64,000 nt of DNA from Mizuhopecten yessoensis (GCF_002113885.1 NW_018407840.1:855536-919535), one strand, 5' to 3'; numbered from the stretch's first letter, positions 36,793 through 50,605 are shown. Notes: generated from the sequence alone by a model not told the origin. A program made the numbers and translations.

Positions 36793-39700
36793 ATGAATGT
36801 TTTTAACCGTTTCAAGAAACGTCTGTTCAATAAGAACAGGATGAAAAAAACGAACAAATTAGATCAAGATGTGACGTGTTCTCCAAGCAATGCAGACAAT
36901 GAACACCTCACAGCTGATGAAAATGTTTCTACGGGCAATACCACAGAATACAACGATTTGTCAAGCAGCAACAAAGAATATAACATCAACGTATTGCCAG
37001 ATGAAACTGAAGCTAAACAACTCACCACTAAGCGTAACATCAATGCTTGGTCTAAAGTCAATAATGATCCTGGACATTATAAGAACATTTTGTCAAAGGA
37101 AGAGGTCAAAAGAATCGAGGCTTTGATGCTTGATCTTAATTCCTATACCAGAAGTGATGGCACTGAAAACAGATTATGCCTCAAAGAAACGAACATCAAT
37201 ACCTTGAGTGCAAACAAACACATTTGCGAAAATGCCGAAAGGGAATTGAACACAATATGTGTTCATGCACCGCACCAATGGCAGTTACAGGCTGTAATCA
37301 CCGAAAAGGGCGGCTTCTTCCAAACAAAACACTCTGACGTCAGACTCACGTTTCAACAAAACTCAGTTGATATAAATACAACTATTTCAGGGTCAGTTTT
37401 ACTTGACATTCCGTTTCTCAGAAGTAAATTTGAACTACAAAAAACAGACATTATAGTGGCACCCACCGTTGAATACCATTTGCATGAAGTAACACACCTA
37501 AAGTTGCATGCTTGTTTAGAACTACCCCATTGTATAGGCAGTCGAAACGTACACAAAATGCAAGTATCGTGGTGTGTAAATGTGCGTGGAAAGGTCACAA
37601 AAAACTCAAATTTCATTTATTGAAAAACCAGCACAGGAAACCCAGCGGATTCCGGATATTTACTGGACAAAGGGCACGAGAAGGAATACAATAAACGTAT
37701 TTGCTAAGCATTTCTGTGTTATTCTGTGTACTGCGTGCGAAGAAGATGTCGAGTTCAATATTCGAGCATTGCTATTTCACAAATTTGACAATATTAACCC
37801 ATTGACCCTCAGGCTCCACCTTCACCTGGGCGGACCCCTGTCAAAGATAAGAGACTTCGAACAGGTATTGTTGTCAACAATTGTCAGATATATTGTGATT
37901 AAAAGATTGATAATATCATTTATTTATGGGAATATGATACAAATATGTAGGTTTTAATATAATGGATTGTACATCGCTGAATAGTCACAAAGAAACGTTT
38001 TTGTTATTATTATTACAACGGCTGATTCAAAAGATGTTAATTCGTAAAGATTCTAAAACAGCTTACTTAAGGATCCCTGTACCATTACCAAAAACTAATT
38101 ATTGATTTTAAAAAATCCCGGCATGAATATACCTTTGATAAATTATTTCTGAAAAGAAGCATACCTTGCAGGACATTTATGACAGAAAAAATAAAGATGA
38201 AGCAAATACCAACAATGTTCTGAATGTAAAAATATCACGGAGCAAGTCTAGCATTCGAACTCAGGACCTCAGTTCATTGTGCTGTCCTTCCCAGCAACTG
38301 AGCTTCCTGGTCAACGAAAGTATAAAAGCCCAGTTGCGCTACATCCAAACGAAACTTAGGAGATGTTACTATATGTACGAGAAACTAAAGTGAAATGGTC
38401 TAGTATTTTGCCTGCAGTGGCAGAGGGATTCATACGTAAATAATCCCAAGATAATTGACATCAAGTAGATAGATCCATGTCAATATGGATAGAAAAACGG
38501 AAACTGCGTCAGCAAAATAGAAGGATATAGTTAACCTGCATATAAAACGAATACATATTAAAGTTTAGCCAATCTTATTTAATTTAAGTACATTAATGCA
38601 TAAAATGTTTCAAATTTCTATGAGTTTCGTCATTCATTTTTTATGATGAATATTGAATAAGAAGATGTTTCAATGATTTAGGCAACGATTGAAAAGATGA
38701 AGAGGGAAAACCTGATTTTCATCGAAGAAACAGACCTCAATCTTATCCCAAGATTTCAAGGTACCCTCAGATTTCGCTTGGAATTGCTAGAAATCGCCTA
38801 TGGAAAATGGGAGCATGTGAAGCGAGAAAGCACGAATCTTGTCTATGAAAGCCAACAGGTAAAGTAGAAGTCATTACATGTCGGAGTATGTAACTTATAT
38901 TCTAAAATTAGATAGATTTGTATATACATCACATGCTTTGAATAAGTTATTCTGATTTTCGTCGTCCCGCGGAAATGTCCATGTGGCAAATAAGCTCAAA
39001 CGGAGCATTTTCTTCCCTAATTTTAATCTTGTATTTAAAGGGTCAATTACTAAAGCAATTGTTAATCCCCGTTGATGTAGAAAGATCATATTTCCGTTGG
39101 TTTCTGGCCCGGGGGATTTAATCGGTTTGACCTCAAGGAAGGTTAATAATAAATGTGTAATTGTGTATCCTTTGTGTTATATACATTGTGTAAGTAGATA
39201 ATGTGTACTTGTGTACTACCTTAATGTATCCTTTGTGTTATATACATTGTGTAAGTAGATAATGTGTAATTGTGTACTACCTTAATGTATCCTTTGTGTT
39301 ATATACATTGTGTAAGTAGATACTGTGTACTTGTTTGATTGTTTGTTTATTTGGGATTTAACATCCTCGCAACAGCAAGGGTCATATGAGGAAAAATGGT
39401 CGAAAATGTAGCAAGGCCCAAGTTGGCACCCGTCCTTTATCATTAGGTTGAATGTGATATATACAAATGGGCATTGTTTGTACAGAACTTTGATGTCAGA
39501 CGCTTAGCCAAGTGTGGCAATGAACACGTCATAAATGATGGGGTGAAATTGTTGCTAAAACGTGTGACGGTTTCGACGAACACCTGCTGTTTCTGCACTG
39601 ACATCATACATGTTGGCAATGCTGAAAGCGAGGCTACGGCAACGACGACGATGCATGCAGTATTACCGGTGCCAGAAGTAAGGATAGTTAGAAAAGCTTT

Positions 39701-41516
39701 TGGATTTGGATTTGATATCCGCCTTTTTTATTTGCAAACCTTTGTTTCAACAGTCATTACCGAAACACATTTATTTCCCTTATGAGGGCAGGATTTTACA
39801 ACACAACCTTTTTCATGATAACTGAATTATTTTCAGAACATACCATGCAATCGTTCCCCAATCCATGCTTTATATTCGTAAAAAGACACATGAAAATAAT
39901 TATAGTATTAATGTTGAAAAATCATATCGATTTAGCAATTATTGTTGAAAATGGTTTTATCTTGCAGTTTAATCTACACACGCATCTAAATAAGTAATAA
40001 AACAGCTAAAAACGATCTGTCTTATAGACCTTATGACATTTTTAAGTATACAAACTGAAAAAGTCGATTAAAGACCTGCCTAATTTTAAACTTTTGCCAT
40101 CAGACCTGACGTTTCCATGTGTCAAACAGCCTCCTATTGGTAGATTTTTCATGACCCCTACTCTCCTCTTCGTGAGCTTTTACAAAGGAATAACATAAAA
40201 TGTTTGCATATCAGACGCATGTGTATATTGTATTTGGAATATTGACGTGTGTATTCAGTGTCTATCAAAATGAACACAAAAATAATAACCATATACATAT
40301 CTATCAAGATGGTATTATATTGAAAGTGGGTTTATCAGATTATTTTTTGTCATGAAAGCTTGTCTTTAGTATTTGAATCATCACTGACGTGTTAGCCTTT
40401 CGGTTAACAATAGTTTGCTGTTGATGATAAAAGGTAATCTTACTAAAATATAATTGCTTTTACTTGACAATTTATTATGTAAATTCTCAGCATATATTTG
40501 TCGTAGGCGATCCTTTATTCATATTATGTTGCATTGTGGGGAGGACTGTTGAAGGTCTCAATTGTTTAATCAATGAGATATGTTTAAACTCTGTACAGGA
40601 CCGTCCGGAGCGGAGAATCATAGAGCGTCTGAGGGTCGGATTACATGGACAAGACATCTCCAGATCCAAAGAACTGTTCGAGACGTTCGGGATGCCATTC
40701 CATGAAGAAAGTGCTACTCGGTAAGACAAAGTACTAGGGGCGTTCAGGGTCATATCCGACCTCATTAGGGATTTAGAATTAGTTGTTATACTCAAAACAA
40801 CCATATTGTGGCTATTTCTGCATAGCAAAGCAATTTTGTTGCTTTTGTATCAGGAAAGAGAATACTGTACTTCCACCGGGGATCCAATCCTCGATCTCAA
40901 GGTTCCTAGTCGGACGCTCTACCACTAAGCTAAAGGGAATTCCCTCTAGCTCATCTGTCAAACTACTCACCCATTTTTAAAATGCGTTCGCCCTCGAACA
41001 CCACAACCCAGCCTGGGTTCTAACTCCCTGTATATGTATATGAATAAGGTCCATCCATTCCCACGTTTCTTTGGTCTATGCTCCTGTTTCCTTGTGTCGA
41101 TTTTGAGCTTTGATTTTGTCTGTGTGTGTTGACTGTAGTATATATACATTTCATAAAAGGTAATCCCACACCAAGTAGTGTTTCAGATAACTTAGCTACT
41201 TCTACGCATCATTATCATTGCTTGGTTTTAATCAGTTCTGTTTTAAATGTTTCTTATTGACAGAGAGGAATACTGGCAGGGAGAACTCGGCGAATTGCTG
41301 AGGAATCGGGGCTTGGTAAACTTCCTTTCTGAACTGGAAATATTTCTATTAAGGCGTGGGGAGACAGAACTCCTTAGGGAAATCAGAACATATTGGCCGC
41401 GCCACGACTATGGGAATGCTCTCGTCAATTACACGGCGTCTGGACTTATAAACGATTCAAATTTGCCATTCATACAACCACCTAATGATATCTACAGCCA
41501 GGCAATGCCAAACTAA
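36793..41516 (+). CDS. ZU5/UPA-like domain protein with C-terminal death-fold-like helical domain (UNC5CL/PIDD-like architecture); +1 frameshift at A6 37599-37604 in this sequence
   Basis: Exons 36793-37864 (acceptor at 36659; frameshifted), 38682-38858, 39486-39677, 40599-40720, 41264-41516; phases 0,0,0,2 match. ZU5-like: ITEKGGFF...VRLTFQQNSV...APTVEY...LELPHC...VFAKHFC. C-terminal amphipathic helices end LLRRGETELLREIRTY. Could be a pseudogene allele or a homopolymer error; the death-fold call is tentative. Confidence 0.7.
39152..39333. repeat. 61-bp tandem repeat (~3 copies)
   Basis: TGTATCCTTTGTGTTATATACATTGTGTAAGTAGATA... at 39164, 39225, 39286. Confidence 0.9.
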
Positions 41517-42589
41517 ATGGAAGGATCACAATAAAAAAAAGTCGTTCTGTTGTGATCACGAATAAATCAGGCGCATACATTAATAGAATCCATCCCTGAT
41601 GTGAGGTATGGATAAGGTTATTCAAACCCAAGTTCAATATTTTATCCCGAGGGTTTGCATCACCTTATCCTTACCTCACATCGGGGATGAATTATATTTC
41701 TTGCTTATTACCCAGAACCCGTAAAAACAGCTGCTCTTCTAGTAAAGTTGTAAACTGTACGCACATTTCTCATTTGCATATGAAGCCCGGATGGCAATTG
41801 TTAGTAACGTCAATGGCCCTGACTGACCCCAAAACGATTCAATACGAAGTCTTTTTTTCTGAGTGAGTGTTGTTTTTTGTATATATATATATGAATTTCA
41901 AAAATGTAAAGATACGGAATCAACATTAGTTAGTAAATAATTCAAATACTAAGACATTCCAACAGATAATTTTGATGTCATCTCTGAAACCAAGTAAAGA
42001 TACCACAGCTAGTTTGCTGTTAGATCATATGTAGAATTCTAAATAATAACGGAGACTTTATGGTGTTGTTAATGTCATTTACTAATGACGTATCAATCAA
42101 GGTCAATCTTGATCAAATATCACAATACTTAAAGAGTTTCTCAATACTATAAATGTTGATCATTACATATGACTTTAACTGCAAAGATGAGGTAAAAAGT
42201 CTTACTTTTGATATATGGCAATAATGACCAGATTTAACAAACGTAAAGACATAGAGTTACAAATAAGTGACCCAGTGTAATTAATCGCGCTAACATTTTT
42301 TGATATAATATATTTTATTTTTGCATTTATGTGATTTAAAGAATCATATATCGTATTGAATGCAATTGTTTTTTCCACCCGAAAGGTCATAGTTGTATGA
42401 AATCAGAAATCAATTCTGTAGAGAATTATAACCTCAAAATATGAACATTAATTATATTTTTTCCCGGTTAACTAATGATATTCATTATAAATGGCACGCG
42501 GGAACAGAAATAGACATGGCTTTTTAGAATAAAATATTAGTGTATTCGTCTTTATCACATACGTATTACGACCATTAATTTGTTAATTA

Positions 42590-43280
42590 CTTCATGTTAT
42601 GTAAGACTAATAGAATGTCTTATCCCCTTAGGGCAAGATAGGGGAATACCAACGCGATGGGGGGAATTCTTAAGTTGCCAAACACCAGGCTTTGCCGAGT
42701 TTTGGCAACTTAAAATCCTTCCCCTAGTGTTGAAATACCCTATCTCACCTCAAGGGGACGAATGATTCTTTTTCTCTTACCGTATTTTGTATCATATACA
42801 TAATGTAATGGTAACGTTACATGCGTTATAAGGTTGACGTCACGTTGATGGATTGTTGACATGACGACATTATATCGTCATACCATTGTTATGAATAGGG
42901 GAATCTTTCGTCTCAACCCTAGGGTGAGACATCATTTTCTCTCATATCCGGTCATTTAAGATTATACTACTCTTTAATGCCCAGGGGTGTAGGATAGGGA
43001 AATTCTACACGAGGGATTTTCAAATCAGGTAATACCCGGTAGCCAGTCTGGACACATTTTAATGGTTTCTGAGCTTATTCTGGTAGTTGGAATGGGAGAA
43101 AAATACTCTTTCATGCCGAAGGGTGTAGGATAGGGAAATTCAACCCTCAGGATTTCAAATTTGGAAAAACCATCGGCAAAGCCTCGTGTTTGGCAACTTA
43201 AGAATCTTCCCCCTCGGGTTGAGATTCCCCTATGGTGAGAGATTCCATTTGCACCTGTCGAGTATAAGAGAAAGAAAAAG
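42590..43280. mobile_element. Non-autonomous DNA element with long subterminal palindromes (Crypton-like)
   Basis: ~70-bp-arm palindrome 42615-42768 centred on GGCTTTGCC and an inverted counterpart ~43110-43250 centred on GGCAAAGCC; related pieces at 41585-41695 and 46470-46540. Superfamily is inferred. Confidence 0.5.
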
Positions 43281-44085
43281 TCCATAATTTGTGTTCGTAA
43301 CAAGATATGTCGAAATAACATTTCTGTAATTATTATGTAGATGAAACAATATTTGTCAAGTGAGTTTATCGGGATATTAATTATCTTTATAATCATATAT
43401 TTCAGTTGGTTCCTTTCAGAAAGTTCTAGATGAGTAGAAAGTCAAAGGTGCTATTGGATAAATATTGAAACTTATTTTTTTCATTTTTATTGTATAGGTC
43501 TTAAATACAAAAACAACAACCGGTCAACAGGCAAAGCCTTCAAATTCCATCTCCGTTAAATATAAACAGTGCATACATATATGGATAGAACTATACAGCC
43601 TTATATGAAATATATAAGTATTAACGTGAAATTGTATCACGTAACTTACCCATTTTACTGCCATGCGGCCATGTCATAAATAAGGTATTGCACATGTGTA
43701 ATAAAACCTTAAGGTGCTACGATAAGTCAAACCCATGAGAACATATTCCTACGCCACTACAGGTACTACTTCTATTTACTATACCACATGATACATTTAC
43801 TGTTATTTTAAATAAATTTGAAATGTTTATTTTGTCATATCATTTTTCACTGCATGTACAACTGTTCAGTATTAATTGGTGTTTTTTTTAATCTTGAACT
43901 ACTTTGCACTGTGCGGACCGACAAAACTATGATCGGAGTACTTGGGTTTTTACCCAATGGAGTCAGCTGATAATAGACAATTGTGTTTGATATTGTTTTC
44001 AAATTATGAATGTTATGTAATAAATTTAATCTTTGTGTCATTGTGCACAAATTATTGAACGAGTTTAATAAATTTAATATGACAT

Positions 44086-45000
44086 TAATAATAATAAAAA
44101 CAATATTTATTCAGCTAAAAGCCAAATAATACACGTATATCACATTTTGCAGATTGGACATAAATATATATATATTATCACAGATGTAATTTATAAGTTA
44201 GTTATGCCATAAAACAAGTAACCAGTCAGGTGTTAAAAATGGATTGGATTAGATTAATTTAGGCCCAATGGGGTCCCTTAGATCTAAACAAGTTAATTCA
44301 ATTCATAAAATAGTTACATAATTATATAGTATATATTGATGACTTGGTAAGACTCCAAGACAGTTCTTTAATAAAAATAGATACAACATGTAACATGTGC
44401 CATAGGCTATAATCAATAAAGTAATGCTGGTAATTGAATGATATAAGATATGAAGTAATTAACCATATATTGGTATTCGAACATTTAAAGATGTAAAGTA
44501 TTAACTGAAAAAGTTACTTGCCAAAGGGCTGGTGGTTGGGCCAATCTCTACCGACCAAACTCTCAGACATTAACGTACAGTAATTGATTGGCATGTACCG
44601 GTATATAACTTAAACTAATAAAATAATTTGAAATAAATCAGATAGTAACAAGTGTATCCCGTTTGGAATAGTTAAAATCTGATACAAAGGATACATTTAA
44701 ACCAATTGAATTTTATCAAAATCTGTTTGCTTCTTGCATAAGAGGGCTGTTGGTGGTTGGGCCAGTCCCTACCGACCAAACTCTCTTACTGCATAAAGTA
44801 ATAGTAATTGACATGATGACACAACATAAAAAAAAAGGAATGTAAATAGGATTTAAGTCAAAAGTATAATGCCTGTGAATAATTCAATTGACAAATTTTA
44901 ACAAGTTTTAATTAATTTAATTGCTACTTGCAGAAGAGGGCTGGTGGTTGGGACAATCCCTACCGACCAAACTCTCAGACTGCATATAAAGTAACAATAT
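44086..45000 (-). mobile_element. Probable 3' end/3'UTR of a 5'-truncated non-LTR retroelement with three repeated hairpins
   Basis: Minus strand ends GAATAAATATTG-TTTT-(ATT)n, a LINE-like tail; three ~42-bp conserved repeats at 44524, 44741 and 44935. Confidence 0.4.
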
Positions 45001-47311
45001 ATTATAATTAAATCTTACTATGTGAACGTGAAAACGTATACACATAATTTCATTCATACTGATAAATTACGGACTAGCGGGGTTAAGGGTCATTTCCAGC
45101 CTCAACAGGGATTTAGAATGTGTTGTTACATTCGCAATCTTAGATAAATAAAGTACGCAAATATACAATTTGTTATTCATTCAACAAAGATAGATAACCC
45201 GCATTTGTCATAAGAAATTGCGTGAATAACGTCTATTGTGTTCTATTTGCGTTGAAAATCTGCCATTTTGAAGCAAATTAACTAAACACTTTTCAATTTT
45301 TGAAAGCCTCCGCATGCACCAACCAAGTAAATATCTGGTGTGCTTATGATGTGGCATCTACGTAAGAGCGATGAAAAGCATCTACTCCAGGCAAGATAGC
45401 TCCAATGAAACAATATGACGTTTAAAAAAGAAATTGGTAAATAAAGTAAAGTTGAAATTCTATTTCTTTTAATGAGGCCGTAAATGACCTACAATGCCCA
45501 AACAAAATATGTGCATTATTTGATAATTTCCATTGATATAATCCTGTGTTTATTTTAAATTGGTGATACTCTACAATACATATGTTCCTAAATTTGTAAT
45601 TTATTTACTAGTAAATGTTTATTAATCATGAAAGAAGCTGTGTTGAGTTAAACTTTGTTACTCATTTGAAATAAAATTGTTTATTGTTTTTGGTATTGTT
45701 ATCTGTATGATTGTTTTCATACCATTAAGAATATTATTTACGGCATGACAAACTGAAATGCAAAACAATGCACTACCTGGCAACACTGAGCAACAGCGGC
45801 ATGCGACGAATCGACATTCCATAGGAACAAGCTATGACGTCATGTGACGTCGTGCATTTCTGTTATTTGTTAGAATTGGAGGTATGTACAACATTAAAAT
45901 TTAGTAATAGATACAGCATGCCAAAAATGAATTACATTGCATCATACAGATGTTTCGTCCTTCTTGGACTCGTCGGTGAGGCTAGGGGCCAAAAGGTTGG
46001 AAATCCAAATAGTGGCCTAAAAAGCTATAGAGTTCCAGTGGCTGACATGCTGAAAGATATATAAGATATAATAAGATATATTTTTATGAATTGGCTTGCT
46101 ATACTCGTGAGTCGTTAATTTTTTAATTTCCATAACAGACACTCACATTAAAACTCGCTTTCTTTTAAAATATCGATAATTAATCATGTTATTAGTTTGA
46201 TTTGGATTACCATGATAGCCGGATAGATCATTTACGGAACCTACAATAAACGCCAGACACCCTTGAGTGTCCACGGAGCGATAAGCTCAGATTATTTCTC
46301 TTATTCTTGTTCGTATATAACAGAAGTGTCCGGGGTAAGACAGGGATGTAAATTTCTATCTAACAACACATTCCACTTGCGTGACGTCACAACTGGTAAC
46401 ACTTAATGGCGTGGCCACACGAAATCGGGAACATTTAGACACCGCGCGATGCAGAAATTGCGGCGCTGTGGTTTCTGACCTAATTCTGGCGATTGGAATG
46501 AGATAAAAATACTCTTTTCGTGGCAAAGGGTGTAGGACTTACAATATTCAGTGTTACAAGTATAGGCCTATTCATTGAATCAATATTAATTTAGCAAAAC
46601 TGTCACTGCCCAACACGTTCACGTTACTTGCAGCTGCAAACGGAACAAGATCAAAATGGACACACATACGATATATGCAAAACTTGTTGTCAAGTAATAC
46701 TTAGTATACTTTATAAGAAAAACTAACAATATTTACTTTCTTTTCCCTTTATTTCAACCTTGCATAAAATAATGTAACTTGCATACAAAAACAAGTATGT
46801 AATGTAAGAATAAAATATCGATCTATATATAAATCTATTAATCACTGAATCTAGTCTAGACCAGCACCAGTCACAGTTCATGGAGGTTTGGAATGGCAAA
46901 GACTATTTACCAAAAATACCACAAAATAGTCAATGCAGCAGAAATAGTCTTTAATTTATCTTTTCAATGTTCAATTAGTTTAACAAACTTTCATGTATGG
47001 TGGTGTGTTTTGGTTCTTTTTGTGTGTATTAATAATTCCCTAAACACAGATACTTTGCCATAACAAATTAAAAATAAAAACAAACTATCACATTTGTCAA
47101 CACAACAAATCTTGTCATGGACGGAACGACATAAACTTGACATCACAAACACACACAAAAAGTCAAACAAATGAGAAAAAAATCCGGAAATAGATTTAAA
47201 ATAGTCAATAAATTACATTAACACTAAAAGAATTTAACAGCATGAACATTTTAAATCAGCTTCTGGTGTCCATTAATTTATCAGCAAGTTCTGATCGAGT
47301 AGTAAGTAACA

Positions 47312-47406
47312 TTAACTCCTTCAATCACCCCTGAAGACACCTTTGAACTACTCCTATTCAAAGGTTGGAATAGTTCATTATGGAATTTCAGTGGTGGATG
47401 AGTTAA
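47312..47406. mobile_element. TTAA-flanked MITE copy
   Basis: Same TIRs and internal sequence as 5717-5807, opposite orientation. Confidence 0.7.
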
Positions 47407-50400
47407 AACAGACAATAGAAGGTTATGTTGAGAAAATGTTTATTCCATTGTCGACAGTTTTATTTCAAGCTTGAATAATCTTGCAGCAGCTAATTAGAAT
47501 TTTAGGGTCGGAAGACAACATAAAATTAGAGGTAAAGGTGTTTGGTTAGAAGGTTTCTGGTTGAAACAATTAATGTCATATCTGGTAAAACACCACATCC
47601 CACACCAAGACAGCAATCTATAAAGGATTCAAAATAATAAGTATTCTCCTCCAAGATATGTGTACAGAAATCCCGAGTCATATTACAATCACCGTTAATA
47701 GAGGTAGTGGAAGGATTTCTTGTTGTGAAGTATACTGCAAACTACTAATACAATAAGCATAAAAACGTGTTGACAGATGGCTAACAGTGTGTATTGGAAA
47801 CATGGATCGTAACCATGGTATTAATGACAAAACCATATACAGTACAATGTTGTATCTATATATTCCTGACTATTTCCAATTATTTTGAGATCAGTAGCAA
47901 TGAAACTATAGGGTGACTTGACTTTTTCTGTTTATAAGACAAAGAAAATTATCGTATCGATTTTGATAAGCATTAAGTATTTCTTAATAACCTGTGATAT
48001 AGTACCCAAATGAACTTCTGAAACAAGTTAGGACTTTGGTTATTGTCAAAATACCCTGACAGCAAGAACATTTTTGACGTACGATTACCAGGTATTGTCG
48101 AGTGGCACTTTGGATAACACACTCGCCTCCACCAAGGCGGCTGGGGTTTAATTCCCTGATCAGATGTGAACATTGTATTTTTTTTTTATACATTACGTAA
48201 AAACTTAATTATATGCAAATTACTTGCAATCCAGACAACATTAGGCTAAACAGCCCTTGGCTACAAAAAGTACAATAAATAAAAAACCCAGTAAAATTGT
48301 AAAATGCATCAGACTGCAAATTAATTTTGACATTTCACATCCATTTAAGAATTCTACAATCACCTTCAGCCACAATAAACAAAAGTTCAATTATATTCAC
48401 AAAAATAGTATATATTTCCTACTTTAAATAAATCAATGAACAAAATTTCTTTAGCATTTACATAGTAAGATAAAAACCCTGGACCAGAAAAAAAGTAAGG
48501 AAAAATAATAACAAATAAATTATAAACAAAAATTCCACTGTGAGCACAGGTAGTTTAAGCTTCTATAACAGAACACATTCCAAGAATAAAAATGGGGGAA
48601 AATATTCAAAGCTGCAGTGATGCTTCATTGTAGTAAGAAATTCACATACAGACTTGGACATTGGAAAAGAACCATGAAAAACGGACTGAAAGCAACTTTA
48701 AGCGAATTAATTATATTTTACTTAGGTCATTAATTCTTTCACCACTGTAGACCATAATGGACTCATCCATATCATACATGGTAGAGTCTATTAAAGTTAC
48801 AGGGGTGAAAGGGTTAAATACATTTATGTACGTTCTAAGTGCACTTATAAAAGGGGAATAATTACCTTCAGTTGAAATATTTGGTTCATTACTGTAATAC
48901 AATAGTTCCTTTCTAAAGATATGTTTAACTATATATATGGTTTATAGTATGATAGAATAACATTGAAAAAAAGGGGCAGCGCTGTCGTATAACGAAAGAC
49001 TAATGAAATAGTGAGTGGGCTAAAAGAATAGTTTGAAAATGTTTGAGGAAAATATAAAGACAGGAGCAATATTTGTATTACTTTGAGCAAACAAATCAGA
49101 TATCATAAATACGTACTTTCAGTGCAATTTCTCAATATTTTAAATAAATTTAACAACTTAATATATGTTAGTACCCTCTACACGATATATGCATTACATG
49201 GAAGAATTTTGTAAAACATATTTGGCAAGACATTTTTTTGTTAATAAGGCACGATATTAGTAAATTAATACTGGTTTAAAAATATATTAAATATGTCAGC
49301 ATTACAACTTTCATTCTTTGGTAAACTTGTCTGGATACTGAGTCATGGAGAGCTTTCCATGAATGATAAAGATTTCTTAGATGTCAACACATTAATACAA
49401 AATGAATGTATGATTATATTGAATGATGTATTTTAGTTTTCACTGATGCAATAGGACGTATCAATTAATGAAAACTGTCATGTACATAGATTATCACAGA
49501 TAATTTGTTTATGTTTTGATTCCGCTCAAATACTGCAAAGCATAACAGCCGTTAATGTGTCATTTGCAACTGCAAAAAACAACCCAAACTTGATAAATTA
49601 TACAAATACTGATATACACGTCAAAACCTTTAACCAATGTTTTGTACCAAAAATGGTAAATTTTAAACTTTTTGGCACAATAAGTAACAGGTAGTTAGAA
49701 ATCTAAACACATGTACAGAATATCAAGAAGCATTTGTTATTAATAGCATATCTAACTGTACAAGAATTTGAACTAAAACTAAACTAATCGTGTTTCCCCT
49801 GGGCTTCATAATAGCACGTCCAGATGATTTTTTGCAGTGGTAGGCTACATCCTAGACATTTATACAAACGACAGTTATGATGTCCAAATTTTGATTATGT
49901 GACTGTAAAAAATAATAAGAAGCTGTTCGTTCTGAGTTCCCAATATTGAATACAGGATTTTTGGTAAAGGCAAACTTGGACTGAGGACTAACCTTCAGAA
50001 TAACGTTAAAACAATACAAAACTAAAACACATGAAAAAGAAAATCAATGTTTCAATTACAAAAATTTGAAATCATAAAAAGGATTTCATCAAAATAAATA
50101 AAATTTTGATTAAATTAGATTTTTGGTTTCTTTTCATATTTATTTCAAAGGAAATGAATTTGTTTCATTTTAAAAACAGTCCTTAATAGAAAAGTATACA
50201 TGTTCATTATCTTCAGTATATTCGAGCACTTTTTAGGGAATACATTTTTTATTTGTACTTTTCAACCATTAAAGTCTATCCCAGCACTTTTTAGGGAATA
50301 CATTTTTCCGTGAAGGCCTGTATGAACCGTTAAATATAGGACAATTTCTTCAGAGTCCAAACAGTTTCAACATCATAACTGTATGTCACTGAGATCTGTT

Positions 50401-50514
50401 TTCTGCTAACAAAACCCCTGAATACCTTCTTCACAAAAAAACAACAAGATAATAGTTAATGCTATTTTGTGATCAGTGTAAAGGTTCTGAACACAAACAG
50501 ATCTGATGATACAT

Positions 50515-50605
50515 TTAACTCATTCACCCCTGCAGACACATTTGAACTCTTCCAATTCAAAGGTTGGCTTTTTTCATTATGAAATTTCAGGGGTGAATGA
50601 GTTAA
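50515..50605. mobile_element. TTAA-flanked MITE copy
   Basis: TTAACTCATTCACCCCTG...CAGGGGTGAATGAGTTAA perfect TIRs. Confidence 0.8.

Noticed and set aside
44510-44985. CRISPR array
   Set aside because: Eukaryotic context, only three repeats, 150-175-bp spacers with residual mutual similarity, and no cas genes.
50200-50320. Alternative terminal exon of EFCAB1 (AFTEKCIP*)
   Set aside because: Weak polypyrimidine tract, lies in a local ~25-bp duplication, and the 51200-51153 exon already gives the expected protein length.
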